Positions 26,755 to 39,531 of a stretch of DNA of 64,000 nucleotides are shown one piece after another (within the stretch, counting starts at the first letter, position 1; every line of letters begins with the position of its first letter). Source of the stretch: Botryllus schlosseri (taxonomy: Eukaryota); contig CM119385.1 of assembly GCA_051294905.1 (NCBI GenBank), positions 9,238,001 to 9,302,000 of the forward strand, in the 5' to 3' direction. A program made the translations under genes and the position numbers. The notes under the pieces were generated by a model, which was not told the DNA's origin, ran no database searches, and was given only the letters and a program-made list of their open reading frames with translations.

Positions 26755-26894
26755 ATTGACAACAGCATGTCCGTGACTTCATTTATATTTTCAAATTTCA
26801 ACATTTGTACTACATATTTCCATTGACGACAGCATGTCCGTGATTTCATTTATATTTTCAAATTTTAACATCTGTACTATCTATATATTTCCAA
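26755..26894. repeat. 67-bp tandem duplication
   Basis: ATTGACAACAGCATGTCCGTGACTTCATTTATATTTTCAAAT... at 26755 recurs at 26822 with few mismatches. Confidence 0.85.
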
Positions 26895-27126
26895 TAACTA
26901 CATATTTCTTTTCATGTTGTGTTCTAGTTGAAGCTATAGTCACTGCAGCAGTATGCATGTGACGAATTCGCTTTCGTTACAGTCCGAAATATCATTGAAC
27001 ATCGAATCTATTTTTTTTATACCAATAAAACATTGGGAAACGGTCCGCCCGGCTTCTACATATCTTGTATATTTCGTGGAGTTTCATCACGAGTGATTTG
27101 ATATTTATAGTATATATCGTATATTT

Positions 27127-28005
27127 CAGTGGTCGGGAACCTATGGCTCGCGAGCCATATATGGCTCTTTTGGGTATAAGATATGGCTCTTTGCCAAATA
27201 TTTATTTTTGTACTAAATTGATCAATATTGCATCGACTTGTTGGTAAATTTTCATCACGGCCACAATAATTATATTCTGGTGGCAGTGTAAACATGTCTT
27301 TGAGAGGTAAAGACAATGCCGTCTTCAGGTTTAGGGGTTCCGACTTTATCTTTTCAAAATCATTAAGTTTAAGTTACGTCACGCCGGCGGCCAATATCAC
27401 TCACGAATTCTGTAGGCTACCCGACTTGAAATCTTGAGTATAGCGGACATGGCAACGCCCATTTCAAAACGTAGTCTTCCTGATCTACGGCACGAAATGA
27501 ACTGTTGGGGATGTGAAAATTACAAACTCGAATTACAAACAACGTCATAGCTATCCACGTTCTTGATTGGTAAGTAATAGCTCTGCTTAGTACCGGCGAG
27601 AAAATGTAGGCATGTAACGCAACGTTATGTTACCGCCGAATACTTTGAGAATTCAGAAGTCGATAAGTATTTAGATTTTCGGAATCATTCACATTCGATT
27701 AATATCAGTTATAATAAATTATATGCTACTTACTATGAATTGCGTTACCAATGGTGAGGCTTGGCCCGTCAGTGCCTTACCTCTCGTTTCGAGCATTATT
27801 TTTATATTATAAATATACTAGTTTTTACAGAGAAAATATGGCGCGCACGAGGAATCCGACGTAGTGAGCTCGAATTAGTGCTACAATGACGACACGAATT
27901 TTCAATTATAACGTAACAGTTGGTTGGCATGTATGGCTCTTTGGGAGCTGAGATGGAAAATAGGGATAACATTGCTCTTCTGACAAAAAAGGTTCCCGAC
28001 CACTG
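27127..28005. mobile_element. Charlie-type hAT MITE, 879 bp
   Basis: Perfect 16-bp TIR CAGTGGTCGGGAACCT. Perfect TSD GTATATTT (27119-27126 / 28006-28013). Confidence 0.92.
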
Positions 28006-28209
28006 GTATATTTGAATCCATTCCGGCATTGAATTGGGCATTGAATTGGGCAATCGCCACACAAAATAATTTTATTTGTTCATAAGCCGTACGTAGATAT
28101 TAGAGATGGGGCGTATATTTTGTTCGCGTTCGTGTTCGGTATGCGTGCCTTGCTGAGGTTCGTGCTCGTTAACGAACTTCGCAAGGTTCTACGCTGCGTG
28201 AACACAAAC

Positions 28210-28707
28210 GGTGTTTTAAAACAATTTGTTTAAAACATCTTTTAAACAGTGTTTTAAACAAATGCTTTTTTGAAAAAGCAATTTTTTTTAAACGTCGTCT
28301 AATTATGCCATGATTGTGTAAATACGTCCGAAAAAACATGTATTATGAGCCTACGGCCGATTTGCACCCAAAATATTCGACGTACACGATGTGGGGAACC
28401 TGGAACCCTCTAAATCGTCGTCGGTTCAAGAGATGACCGCCGACCGTAAAAATGCTGCATGGCGATGTAGTCCTGGTTAAAGATATTTTTGGTCTGTTTA
28501 TGACAGTGATCAGAAGCCCATTTCGTCAAAGGAGCCACATTTACCCTATACTTTCATTTGACAATGTCAATCCACTGTGACGTCACAATCAAATATTTGT
28601 GACGTCATGGCTAAAAATAACAAAAAGAAATAAAAACATGTTTTAAACGAGGGACTTGTTTTAAACATGTTTGTCTCAAATTGGTTTTTGTTTTAAATGC
28701 AGCCCTA
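28210..28707 (-). mobile_element. MITE, TAGGGTTG family, inverted copy
   Basis: Ends TTTTTGTTTTAAATGCAGCCCTA. The interior is the reverse complement of 8966-9414. The left end is degraded. Confidence 0.75.
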
Positions 28708-31700
28708 GTTACAGGCAATTTGGACCGGTCAGTGTAGTGAATTGTGGCTGTTGTGGTGCTACGTCGTGTGCAGTGGCGTACATAATATGGGTTGGGATTT
28801 GCACTTGAAACCCCGTCGTTCTGATATGCCAATTCCATCTCCAATATTTCTAAGATTATTTGAAGTTGAGCAATTGATATCTCACGCTGCGTCGTTTTGT
28901 CCAAACAATATGATACCAAGGTGAAGCCTCGTATTTCTCAACTGGTAACTGAAAAGGAACATCCGAAGTCACACTGATAGGCAATATGCATTCATCATAA
29001 TGTTTTCGATTTGTATTAAAACAATATTTTAATGTTTCTATTATTTAACACTGCGTTGGTGCAGTTCAATTTGTGCATCAGTGATTTATAGTGATGCAAT
29101 AGATGTGTACTGCGGCAGATTTTTATTATTGTGTCCTAGCGAAAATTTGGGGTTCCGCGACGGCTTGCAGATGTGCGTAAGTGCTCCCTAGGTTAGTAAC
29201 TATTGAGTACCACCGATATAGAATCATAATATACTCTCGCTTGCGTACTAATTACGTGGACCCGCCAGTTGAAGCATTATAATTGTGACTAGTGCACTTG
29301 GAGAAGATCGGAAAATTTGCTAACGGCATCACAGATATTAAGCCTCACTTGACAGTCCAAAATAGATGCTATGTTAATGTCAAACATTTATGTCCTAATG
29401 ATGGCCTCGGTCAGATTTAATTTAGTAAGATTTGATCCGTTACTTTTTCTCAATAAATGTACTCGCATTCAAATTCAAATATACGCAAAATCGTCAGAAA
29501 CAAGATGAATTTTCGTGGTTTAAGTACAGAGAGTGGCAAACATGTCGGTACGTATCGGATGACGTACGTTTGCACAACAGCAAACAAGTAATTTTATGAC
29601 TGTTTGTCTTCGAGTCAACTTGGAAGCAAACATTAACATTCATAATCGTCTCATAATCTACTCAAACGTCAAGCATAAATAACGATAACAGGCCATATAC
29701 TTGTGTTTGATTTGTGAATATAAGAGAAGTCGTAAATCATAACAAAAACAAACCGAAAGATAAGTTCACAGATAAATTCAAACTACTATTTTGAGACATG
29801 AGATGCTATTAATTTGCCATTACATGAAAAACACACCCCTTGACGGAAATGGAATTATACATATTTTATCTGAAGACGAAATTCGATGATAACGGTTTTC
29901 ATCGTCACAGAATTTGATATGTTCGACCTGCATGCGACAGCAAAGTGTTAAACTGCAAAAACGTATCCTGATAAAAGCAGAACTATAAACATTGATAGCG
30001 AAGTTGTTGCACATGGAGTAAGAGTGGCTGGTTTTCATTCATTTGGTACATAGTAGACTTTTGAATGTTGATTGCGCAAGAAGGCGCCCTCCATGGAGCA
30101 TTGCGGGGGGTGGGGCTATGTCATTTTATTTCTCATACCACAAAACAATCTAACAATACAACATTCACTCTTCTTTTTATCCGAAAAAAGTCTCGTTGAT
30201 ATAGTTGTATAAGCTCTGAAGCGAAATATGCGTGCAGGTTATGACTTGGGTATATGAGCCATAGTTGTTTTAGTATACTAAACCGATTCTATCAGGACCG
30301 TCTGTATTCTAATTAGAACACGAATGTGGCTAGGCAATAAGCTATCCAACATACGCCCGCAAAACCTTTGTGTTACGAGTACTTTGACACTTTTACGACC
30401 GTAACCGACACATTATTAATATTTTAGGTAACTCCCACATAACGTTCTAAAATTCAGCACAGGACCCGTGGATTAGACGCTATTAAAATCATCTAAAGTT
30501 ATTAAATTGGAGCTTCATAAAAAGCTCATGCTCTTCATAATCAAGATCTCAACTCTCAAAACATTCCCAAAAACGAGAAGATGCACGAGGTCGGTTTCGG
30601 GTGATGTTTACCGACACCGCTAAGACAGAATCTGAAATATTGTGAAATTACTCTTCTTCGATTGTCGTTGCCAAAACTAGCACCGGTTTAGCCATTGACA
30701 TTGACAAATTACCTTTCAGATTTGTAACGAATATTCGCAACCAGAATCCGATTAAATAAGATGATTCAAAGTCGGAAAGTAAACTTGACATCGTCTTACA
30801 CTTAATTCTCGTTTCGTAGTGATGCACCCGTTGCATGTTCATTGTTCCAAGCACAGGCCATGCGATCAATTGCTGCAACATCACAGTGTGCTGGAACAGT
30901 AATTACATGGTTACATCGACCGCATATCGAGACTTTGATGCTGAACCTCGACATTGTTATTGTAACGGGAAGTACGCAGATCTGTCAAGAGGAATCAAAA
31001 CTTGAGGCTGAGACAACAAAATTATCTCACAAGCTTAATAAATATTGTCAGGAGTAATAATCATGTATTAGGGATGTAAATTAACAAGTTTTTCTTAGTA
31101 TGCATAGAGTGAGTTTTTAATAGGTAGTCTCCGGTCAAAATGCAATATAATATACGCATACCATGGCCACATGTCCATAACCATTTCAATGGTTGTCTTC
31201 AAGACAGGACACATAATCGTTACGTAATTTTATTATATTTGTCGTATTAATCATCGGTACACTCGAATAAAAACACGAGTTCGTGATTGAGGTATAAGTA
31301 TCGTTGCAACAGACGTTGCAAAGGTCCCAAATTACGCAGTATCATTCCGTTATAATTGTTAATCCCTTGCGGGCAGCAATTTTTCAACCAATATTAGGCA
31401 GAGGAAAAACCGCAGAGGTAATTGCACGTTATTAGGAGGCCGTGAGAGATTTCCACGTTTCTCTCGAAAAGTTAAAGAAAACACTCGTGACGGAGTAGGT
31501 CCGCTGGCGGAATGACTAGTCTGCGGCTCCCAAGCCGGATAATTTCGGTAATTGATATGGAAAACGAGCACGCGAAATTTGGTAAACAACCCGCGCTACA
31601 AACGATTTTACTTGTTTTGAAAATTGCTACCGGATAATTACTATCATGATAGAACGCTGACGTCCTTTGAACAATGGGATTCTTCAATGGCTAATTTCCA

Positions 31701-33182
31701 GGTAAGGGGACAGAACGCTTTCACGCAACTAATGTAGTGGAATATCAGACGAACAGCGCATTTTTCACTGGATTTTGTAAACATATTCCGTGTTTGTTCC
31801 TAATCAACGTTTGCTATACATCATTATATCTCATACGCTCAAACTATTACCTAACACGAAACTCACAAACAGTTCACACTCACGCGAGTGCGTCCAGCTC
31901 ATAACCTATTCCTTCGATGAACTTCGCAGTTGCATTGTGACGAAATTGATGGACAACGGACTCGTATCGCAAGCTTGTGCGTGGCCAGGCAGAAGTTGGG
32001 GACAGAATTATTATTCAATGGATGTGTGATTGTGCATTCGTATACACTAATTTACAGTCATAAATTTTAAACGATGCAACAAAAATTTAGAGTTGATGAA
32101 TTGAGTAGACTTTCACTCGTTCAGCGTTCAGACCAAAAGGCTATTAGTTGCTAAATCACTGAAACTGTATATAAATATGTGTAATTGTGTATAAAGTTAA
32201 ATGTGATGATTTTCTTGAAAACTAACACAATAGACGTATGACGTGATTGCAAACGTTGTGGTTTTACTGACTTGTACCTTCCTGAACACGAAATCGTTCA
32301 CGGCCCAACTGATCTAATTCCAAGGTTATAATAGACACTTCAAAATAGTGGCTGATGTCAGTAAATGGCTGCGTGTATCATATAAGATTGTCATGGCCTC
32401 TTTAAAACAGAAGTAGGCCACGAGAGTACTAACAAACGTCTATCCTACCACGTTATAATTAAAAACCCAACTTAAAAAACAAGTTAACGACATTATTACT
32501 CACAGATGAAACATGATGGGTCATTGCTTGCATTCTGTTCATGGTCATGGTCACATTTACAAAGTAAAGTCTAAAAGAACATGGATAAATCGGAATCAAA
32601 CTTGGCGCGCAGTCCGACATCGACATCACCTCAATGCAAGGTGTGGTGTGTCAATAATATTATGACTACCGTTGGTCGAAATGTGTGAAAGATCATGTAC
32701 GACTGCTTGGCGTAACCTTGTCAATCGTCATTATCCAGAGTTCGCTCGAGACTTGACAACGCGGGCGTACCGCAAGCCAGGTGTGGTCTATCTAGTGAGC
32801 ATTCCATTCCATAATGGAAATCCATGGATAAAATTGTTATTTCGCAATTTATGGCTATAATTGTCGCTTACTCTGTAAAATCTTTTGTCAGGACGACATA
32901 TTGATTCCGAGCAACCGCATGCAGCTTGTATATATCCGGCGGCCCGCATGTGACCAGAATTTAAAGAAGGAAAAATACGCAACTTCGTCATTTTGCTCTT
33001 TGTTTTGGATGCTGCACAGACGTTACAGATTATGTGGTTGACAGCGTAGTGACGCAATGTTCTACTGCAACACCAATGGGTTGTGGGATCTAGTACGACC
33101 GTTGTCGTATTTAAACTATTAGCAAAAAAGTGCGTATTACCGCCACAGAAGGTGTATGGTACACTGGTACACAGTGGTAAAG

Positions 33183-33706
33183 TAGGGGTCTTGAAAAATG
33201 ACTTTTTTCTCAAGTCGCACACACCAAATTTGGTTCAATTCCAACCGGTATATAGCCGCATTGCTACAGGAGAAGAAAGTTTCTATTTATTGCATAAAAA
33301 TAAATAACAAAAAAGTTATTGCCGTCGAAAAATTTGGATTTGCATAAAATAGTATTTACGGTGGGCTATAATAAAGAATTAAAGAATTGGTCACCGTAAA
33401 TACTATTTTATTCATAATCCAAATTTTTCGACGGCAATAACTCCGCTTCCACTGGTTGGAATTGAACCAAATTTGGTGAACATCGTTTCTATAGACAACC
33501 TAACACTTTCATGGGGTGAACAGAAATTTTTCGAATTTTTTGTTATATACTTTTATATAATAAATAGAAACTTCCTTCTCTTGTAGCAATGCGGCTACTG
33601 GTTGGAATTGAACCAAATTTGTTGTGCAGTCTTGAATTAGGTAACCTAACAATTTTATCAAGTAGCCAATACGATTTGAGAAAAAAGTCATTTTTGAAGA
33701 CCCCTA
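33183..33706. mobile_element. Foldback hAT-type MITE (TAGGG family), two deletions in the left arm
   Basis: TIR TAGGGGTCTTGAAAAATGACTTTTTT / AAAAAAGTCATTTTTGAAGACCCCTA. TSD TGGTAAAG / TGGTACAG (7/8). Homologous to 60012-60675 with the spacer inverted. Confidence 0.85.
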
Positions 33707-33757
33707 TGGTACAGTCGTACAGTACGCATACAGAGCCTACATCATCTCTGGGACGGT

Positions 33758-34030
33758 GGCGAGATAGCGTAGTGGTATAATCCACAGCTGCCACACCAAT
33801 GTGTTGCGGGTTCGAGTCCGACCAGGGTCGACTCCAGAAGTCCTATCTACGTGTTGGAGGTATATCTACTCCCCTCCTTGCCATCTCATCCGCGCAAGCG
33901 CTGTCTTATAAAAAGGCTAGAAGTGGGCCATGCTACAAGGGGGTATCACCAGAATAAAATCAAGAAAATTGGCTTGGTGTAAGTGCCCATAGTAGTAGTC
34001 GACAAACACCATGAATACCACAAACAAAAA
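33758..34030 (+). mobile_element. tRNA-derived SINE, apparently full length (tRNA-Gly(GCC)-like head)
   Basis: A box TAGCGTAGTGG (33765-33775) and B box GGTTCGAGTCC (33809-33819). AGTGGTATAATCCACAGCTGCCAC resembles the tRNA-Gly D and anticodon region. The body and tail recur at 15335, 56895, 34235 and 3725. Confidence 0.75.
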
Positions 34031-34234
34031 TACCTCAGATGCGTATCCCTGTATCCAGTCGTGTTTCTGGCTCATTTTCGTCATGTTGAAATAGGTGTGA
34101 AAGCGACATTTTGCGACAGAATAAGCATTTGATTCAATAGCAACCTACGATAAGGTCGACAGCGGTGAATACATGTTTTTCGTTCTGAGTTTATAGTATA
34201 GCAACCCTAACTAATTGGGAGTTTATCCAGGCTT

Positions 34235-34385
34235 CTGCTCGCCATTCAATCTGCGGAGGCCTAGAACGAAAGCGGCCGTGCTACAAGTCGGCAGATCGGG
34301 AATCATAATTTTTAAAATCAGTTTGGTGTGGATTCGTGCAATGACCAACGTAAGTCAGAACACCACGTGTACTGGAATAACAAAC
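34235..34385 (+). mobile_element. Strongly diverged SINE body copy
   Basis: CTCGCCATT...GGCCTAGAA...GGCCGTGCTACAAGTCGGCAG...GTGCAATGACC...AACACCAC resembles 56918-57060. Confidence 0.35.
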
Positions 34386-36204
34386 ACACACGCTGTTAAT
34401 GGAATTCCACGTAAAAGAGATGCCTTCATCATTTTCCGAACATTTTATTTTATATATAACATGTAATCGAATGGATTGGATACCGCTCACTCATTTATGT
34501 TACTTATTGGAATAGACTAGCGATCGGTATATATCATAGTCACAGGCGATCCCAGAATAGAATATCGGGAAGAAGGCAAATGAAACAGGGCCGGTCATAC
34601 ACCGTCGACGTGAGGAAATGACTCATTCCATTCATGTGGCTTTTTACCATTCTGCTGCAAATTTGTCATTACGACAAGTCTCATTGAATCAAATAACAAA
34701 CGGGCGTAAGCATGATAGGCAGGGAGGAAAAAATAAATAGACTCACTAAACAAAGGTTTGGCATAGTGTGTGTGTTTTCTCTTACGATGCATCAACGTCG
34801 ATAACAAAACTATTTAACAAAGCAGACAATGCACCATGGCCGCAAGTGACATGTTTTAATTGTCTTTCAAAGTCGCAAAATAAGAAAATTGTCGGTAGAC
34901 ATATCGCGATCGCAGAACCAGATCTACAGATAAAATCAGCAACGTGCCTGGGTTATCTGTATATGATCAATTCACCGCAACAAATCAAAAGAGACTTAAT
35001 GATTTAGGCTTGGTTAGGTTCGCTCAACGGTCAAGATTCCTTAACATGTTACAACCGGACAATATACGCCCAAATATGGCACGAGGAGTAGACTACTATA
35101 GTTCGATTCCAAATTGCACGATTCCGTCAGCGAAGGTTCAGATAATTTGACTTGGTGAATGGATAGTACATTGATTGCAGACAAAACGGTTCGAACAATC
35201 ATATTTTACAACTTGGTATTGCTTCAACTCTGATATTTGGCTTCTTTCTAGCTTGCGCCTCATAGTACATAAAAAATACACTATATATATACAGCATATC
35301 AACTACAGAAGGGAGAATTAGCCACCGATTTGTTCTCTGCTAACGGCCTTTGTACATTGTACAATATCAGATTTAGGAGACAAAGTCTACTGAGATAATT
35401 GAATTATCAGCAACTAACGCAAAATGATGTCATCGGTGCCGCGGTAGTTGATTAACAAAAAATCCATCGATGCAGATGCCAGGCTCGCCACGTAAAGAAT
35501 TTGCCTCCCAGAACAAATTTGAATAAGTTTAAAAAATCAGATTTCGAATAAGTTGCAAACAACAAGTTGTCTCGTGGAATCGGCGAAGTTAGCAATATAA
35601 CCCGCAGTCGCAGCGTGTTTACCAGCTATATGATGACACGTTGACGGGACTTGGTCCCAAAACAAATGGGCGACAGTTATCTAAATGTCACGAAAGTTAT
35701 GAATCAACCACGTGCTCACGTCCTGATGGCTTTTTTGTTGGTATGACATCGAAAAGAAGTCTGGCGTATCAGGAACATACACTAAGCAAATCACACGTAG
35801 TGGCATGCATTGTGCCCGCCCCTGTAGCAAACAACCAAGTGTGTAACGCAGTCCAAATATGGTAATGAAACTCTAAATCCAACCGACAGTGTCTAGTAAA
35901 CGCGCGGAGTGTGTAAATGATGTAATTGTTCCAATCCTACATTTCTTTTAATACGGGGCAATTTACTGTAATGGTCGATCTGAGTATAGCTAAAGATAGA
36001 ATGGGGTTGCTTGCCGTACGATAGAACGGCAACGGTAGAAGACACGAAATCCCCGCACCATATTTGTCTCTTACTATAGCACCGGGTTGACAATAGCTGA
36101 CAACAATTGACAATAGTTTTTGGCATAGGTGCGATAGGGGATAATTGTACCGCGAATCTAAAGTCATTAATATAATTATACCGACAGTAAAAGTTCATGT
36201 AACT

Positions 36205-36670
36205 CAGGGGTTGCCAACCTGGGGTTTATGCCCCCCTCTGGGCCCATTTTCCAGGGAGGCCATGAAAAAATTTATCAACTGCAAGTCTATTTCACTAACA
36301 AAAGAAACAAATAAAAATGTAATTTAAATGCTATAGTACCTCAATAAGCTACTTCTTAATCATCAGTTCTCTTTCTTTTACTTTTACATATATTATTATT
36401 TTATAAATCTGCGTATTGGCTACCCCTGCTAAAAGAAGGAAGTGCGATGATTTGATGAAAGTTATACCTTGAGCTTTGTTTTACATATCTACATGACAAA
36501 GAAATGCGCAAGCCACAATGTGTTTTATGTTTATCAAAGATATTACTTTTTCAACGAAATAGCGTCTCTTGATTGTTTAATAAGGCTGAAAAAATTGGGG
36601 GGGTGGGGTGGCATTGATTTGTCAAAATTATCAAAGGGGACCACGGTGTAAAGAAGGTTGGGAACCCCCG
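36205..36670. mobile_element. Charlie-type hAT MITE
   Basis: TIR CAGGGGTTGCCAACCT / AGGTTGGGAACCCCCG (14/16). TSD ATGTAACT / ATGTAAAT (7/8). Confidence 0.8.
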
Positions 36671-39079
36671 ATGTAAATCAGGGGCCAGTAAAATCATTTC
36701 ATACATTTTCTCCACTTTGCAACATTACTGTCAAACGTCTATGCCCTCTTAGGTTCATGAACTACTGCATACAGTTACAAATAATCTCAAATAGCGCGGA
36801 CCAGTACAGATCAGTCAAAAGGCCATGATAAACAACGTCGATTTTTATTGTGCCCATCCGTGTTCAGAATCTCATGAAAATTGCGCGTACATTAACGCTT
36901 CCTCCATTGTTTTGACCGTTAATTATTGCCAAAGAGATAATAATAAATATTACAAAAATTATAACAATAGAATACTGAGGAATTCCATCGCTGCAATTGA
37001 ACTTTGCTTACAAAGCGACCGACATCACGACTGTCGAATCCGGGAATACGGTCTTCCGGGAAATAATACGGGCGCCTGTGAACGAGCTATAGCCCATGGC
37101 GTCGTGTCATTGTTAAAGTTTTGTCTAGCTCGAAAAACTCGCTAATTATTATCAACTATTTGCGCTTCGTGTCAAATTGGAAAATTGTGCGCTGCTTATT
37201 CGTTGTAAGTGAAATGAATCACATCCTAACGCGTCTATTGTTGTAGGGAGCAAACGTGCATAGACGACTACCGGTACCTCTTCAAGAACTATCATAGACT
37301 GTTGACAATGATCATTCATCAGATAGTATCACGGTAAATATACGAACTACAAATAAACTAATCTAATTTATCAAACAGAATCGTCACTCATTCTTCACAG
37401 ACGACTTATACGAAATGCGGAGACTAGTTCTAATGGTAGGCCTACATCACAGCCTTTGAACACACGACCCCCCGATCACGAAGCCAGATGCTTTACCATT
37501 TGCGCAATAAATTGGCCCCTGCTGCGCTATTGGTCAATTTATTCACTGTATCACGAATGCAGGGCGAATTAACCTTTGCAGAATTCAAATAATTTCGCAC
37601 TGAACGACTGAAAACCGCAGAGCACTACAAATTTATAGAATACCCCCGACAACTACCGTACCACAAGATGTCGCATGAACTCTGTGGATTCCCGTCTCCA
37701 AGAGGAGATCCATGCGACCATGTTTCACCCACTGATTTCAGTATAACTCTTGCAGACACTGAAACAATATCTTTACATTGTCCAATTCATGATAATGGAG
37801 TGGGTCTTTTCGAAATGAAAAGTGTCTAATCTGACTTTGGGTAATATTGAAAATTCAATCATTCGCGAGAATCGATCTCGGAAATTCCCGTAAAGCGAGA
37901 AGATACGCACTTCCGCAGCATGTCTTGCACCACATGTTGCACACATCTAAACAGTATCCCGACCGATTAAAATAACTAAACCGACCGCTCAGTTGATCCT
38001 ACGGTCAGACTTCTTTGTGGAATGATCGTCCTTTGCATATTTAATCCACTGATACATTCAGTCTGCCGTGTTTGCAATATGGGAAAATATTGCCACAGAA
38101 CACCTTTGGCCGGATTAAACTTAATGCTTCCATATTGCGATACGGAGGGCGATGAGGATTCTTCTTCAAAGCGGACAGCTTTGTGAATTTTTGTTAAAAA
38201 GATTTTCGCTAGATTAGTTCCCGCCGGACGTCAAGTTGAAGCATTATCGCCATATATACTCATGCCTTCAAAAGTATACAAAAATAATCAAAGATAAAAA
38301 GATTTGCGTAACCAAAGCCAGCGCGGAGTTTCGCTTCGACAAAGCTAAGGATCTTTCACAATCCGGGCCTGCAGCTGATACCATCAAAACGGGAACCGCA
38401 AACTTAGTAAGGATTTGCAGCGGCAGGCGGCCGTATCATAAACATCGCAAAATTGCACTCAATTAACATTAAAGACAATATTTGTTATCTACTTTCGAGC
38501 AAGGACGGAGTAGGATATAGCAATGTTCGGTCACGCGTCATATTCAGATAAGGCGAGAAATTTGACAGTTTGGACTGTGTCAGCAGAACTTGAGATATGA
38601 CATCTTATCGTCGGAAATGCAAGCGTCACTTCCTCTCCTATTTAGGTCATAAACTCTGCCGTTTTTCTCAGATATGAGAGCGAGTGTAAGGCCGAAGACC
38701 ACGCTACGCAAGGATGTATAAATTTTCACTATGGTGTAGTCAAAACCTTGAGAATGTTGCAAATTGAAACGACACGTTGAAAATTAAAATCAGGTCCAAA
38801 CTGGGGTTACGCAATACGTATTACGTAGACCCCATTCGAGAGCAATATGGAACAATCATTCTTCAATCCGCTTACATGGAATTATGGTTTATCATTTCAG
38901 CTGGATATAGATGCTTAGGTCCTACATTAAATGTATCCACATATATAATAACAAAACAGTATCTTTAAAATCATGAATTCAAAAATGATCGCACATTTCA
39001 AATCGAGAAAATCCGAATAGCCCAACCACTTGCTTTGAGAAACAAAATCCGACTCTTCATTCACGGAAATACGTACCAT

Positions 39080-39531
39080 TGGGATTGTATTTAAAACAAT
39101 AATCAATTTAAAACAAACATTTTTAGAACAAGGCCTTTATTTAAAACATGTTATTAATACTTTTTTTTGTTTTATTTTAAGTCATGACGTCACGAATATC
39201 CAATTATGACGTCATAGTGGATTGACATTGACAATTCAAAATATAGGGTTAATATAGCTCCTTTTACGAAACATCTATGTACTATAGCTGTTCAACGGAC
39301 TATTTTGAGGGTTCCAACCATATCGCATATACGTCACTATATCGAGTGGTAATTGTCCGCGGGCTCATACCTCATCTTTTTTTGGAAAGTATTTACACAA
39401 TTATGGCATTATTTTACTACTTGAAAAAAACACAATTTTGTCTTTTAAAAAAGGGCCTTTGTTTAAAACACTGTTTAAAACATGTTTTAAACAAAGTTTT
39501 TAAACAACTATTTGTTTTAAATGCAACCCTG
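39080..39531 (+). mobile_element. MITE, TAGGGTTG family, copy 4
   Basis: Ends TGGGATTGTATTTAAAACAA / TTGTTTTAAATGCAACCCTG. Flanks CGTACCAT / CACACCAT (6/8). Colinear with 8966-9414. Confidence 0.8.

Noticed and set aside
33758-33830. Functional tRNA-Gly gene
   Set aside because: No acceptor-stem pairing, and it continues into a multi-copy SINE body.
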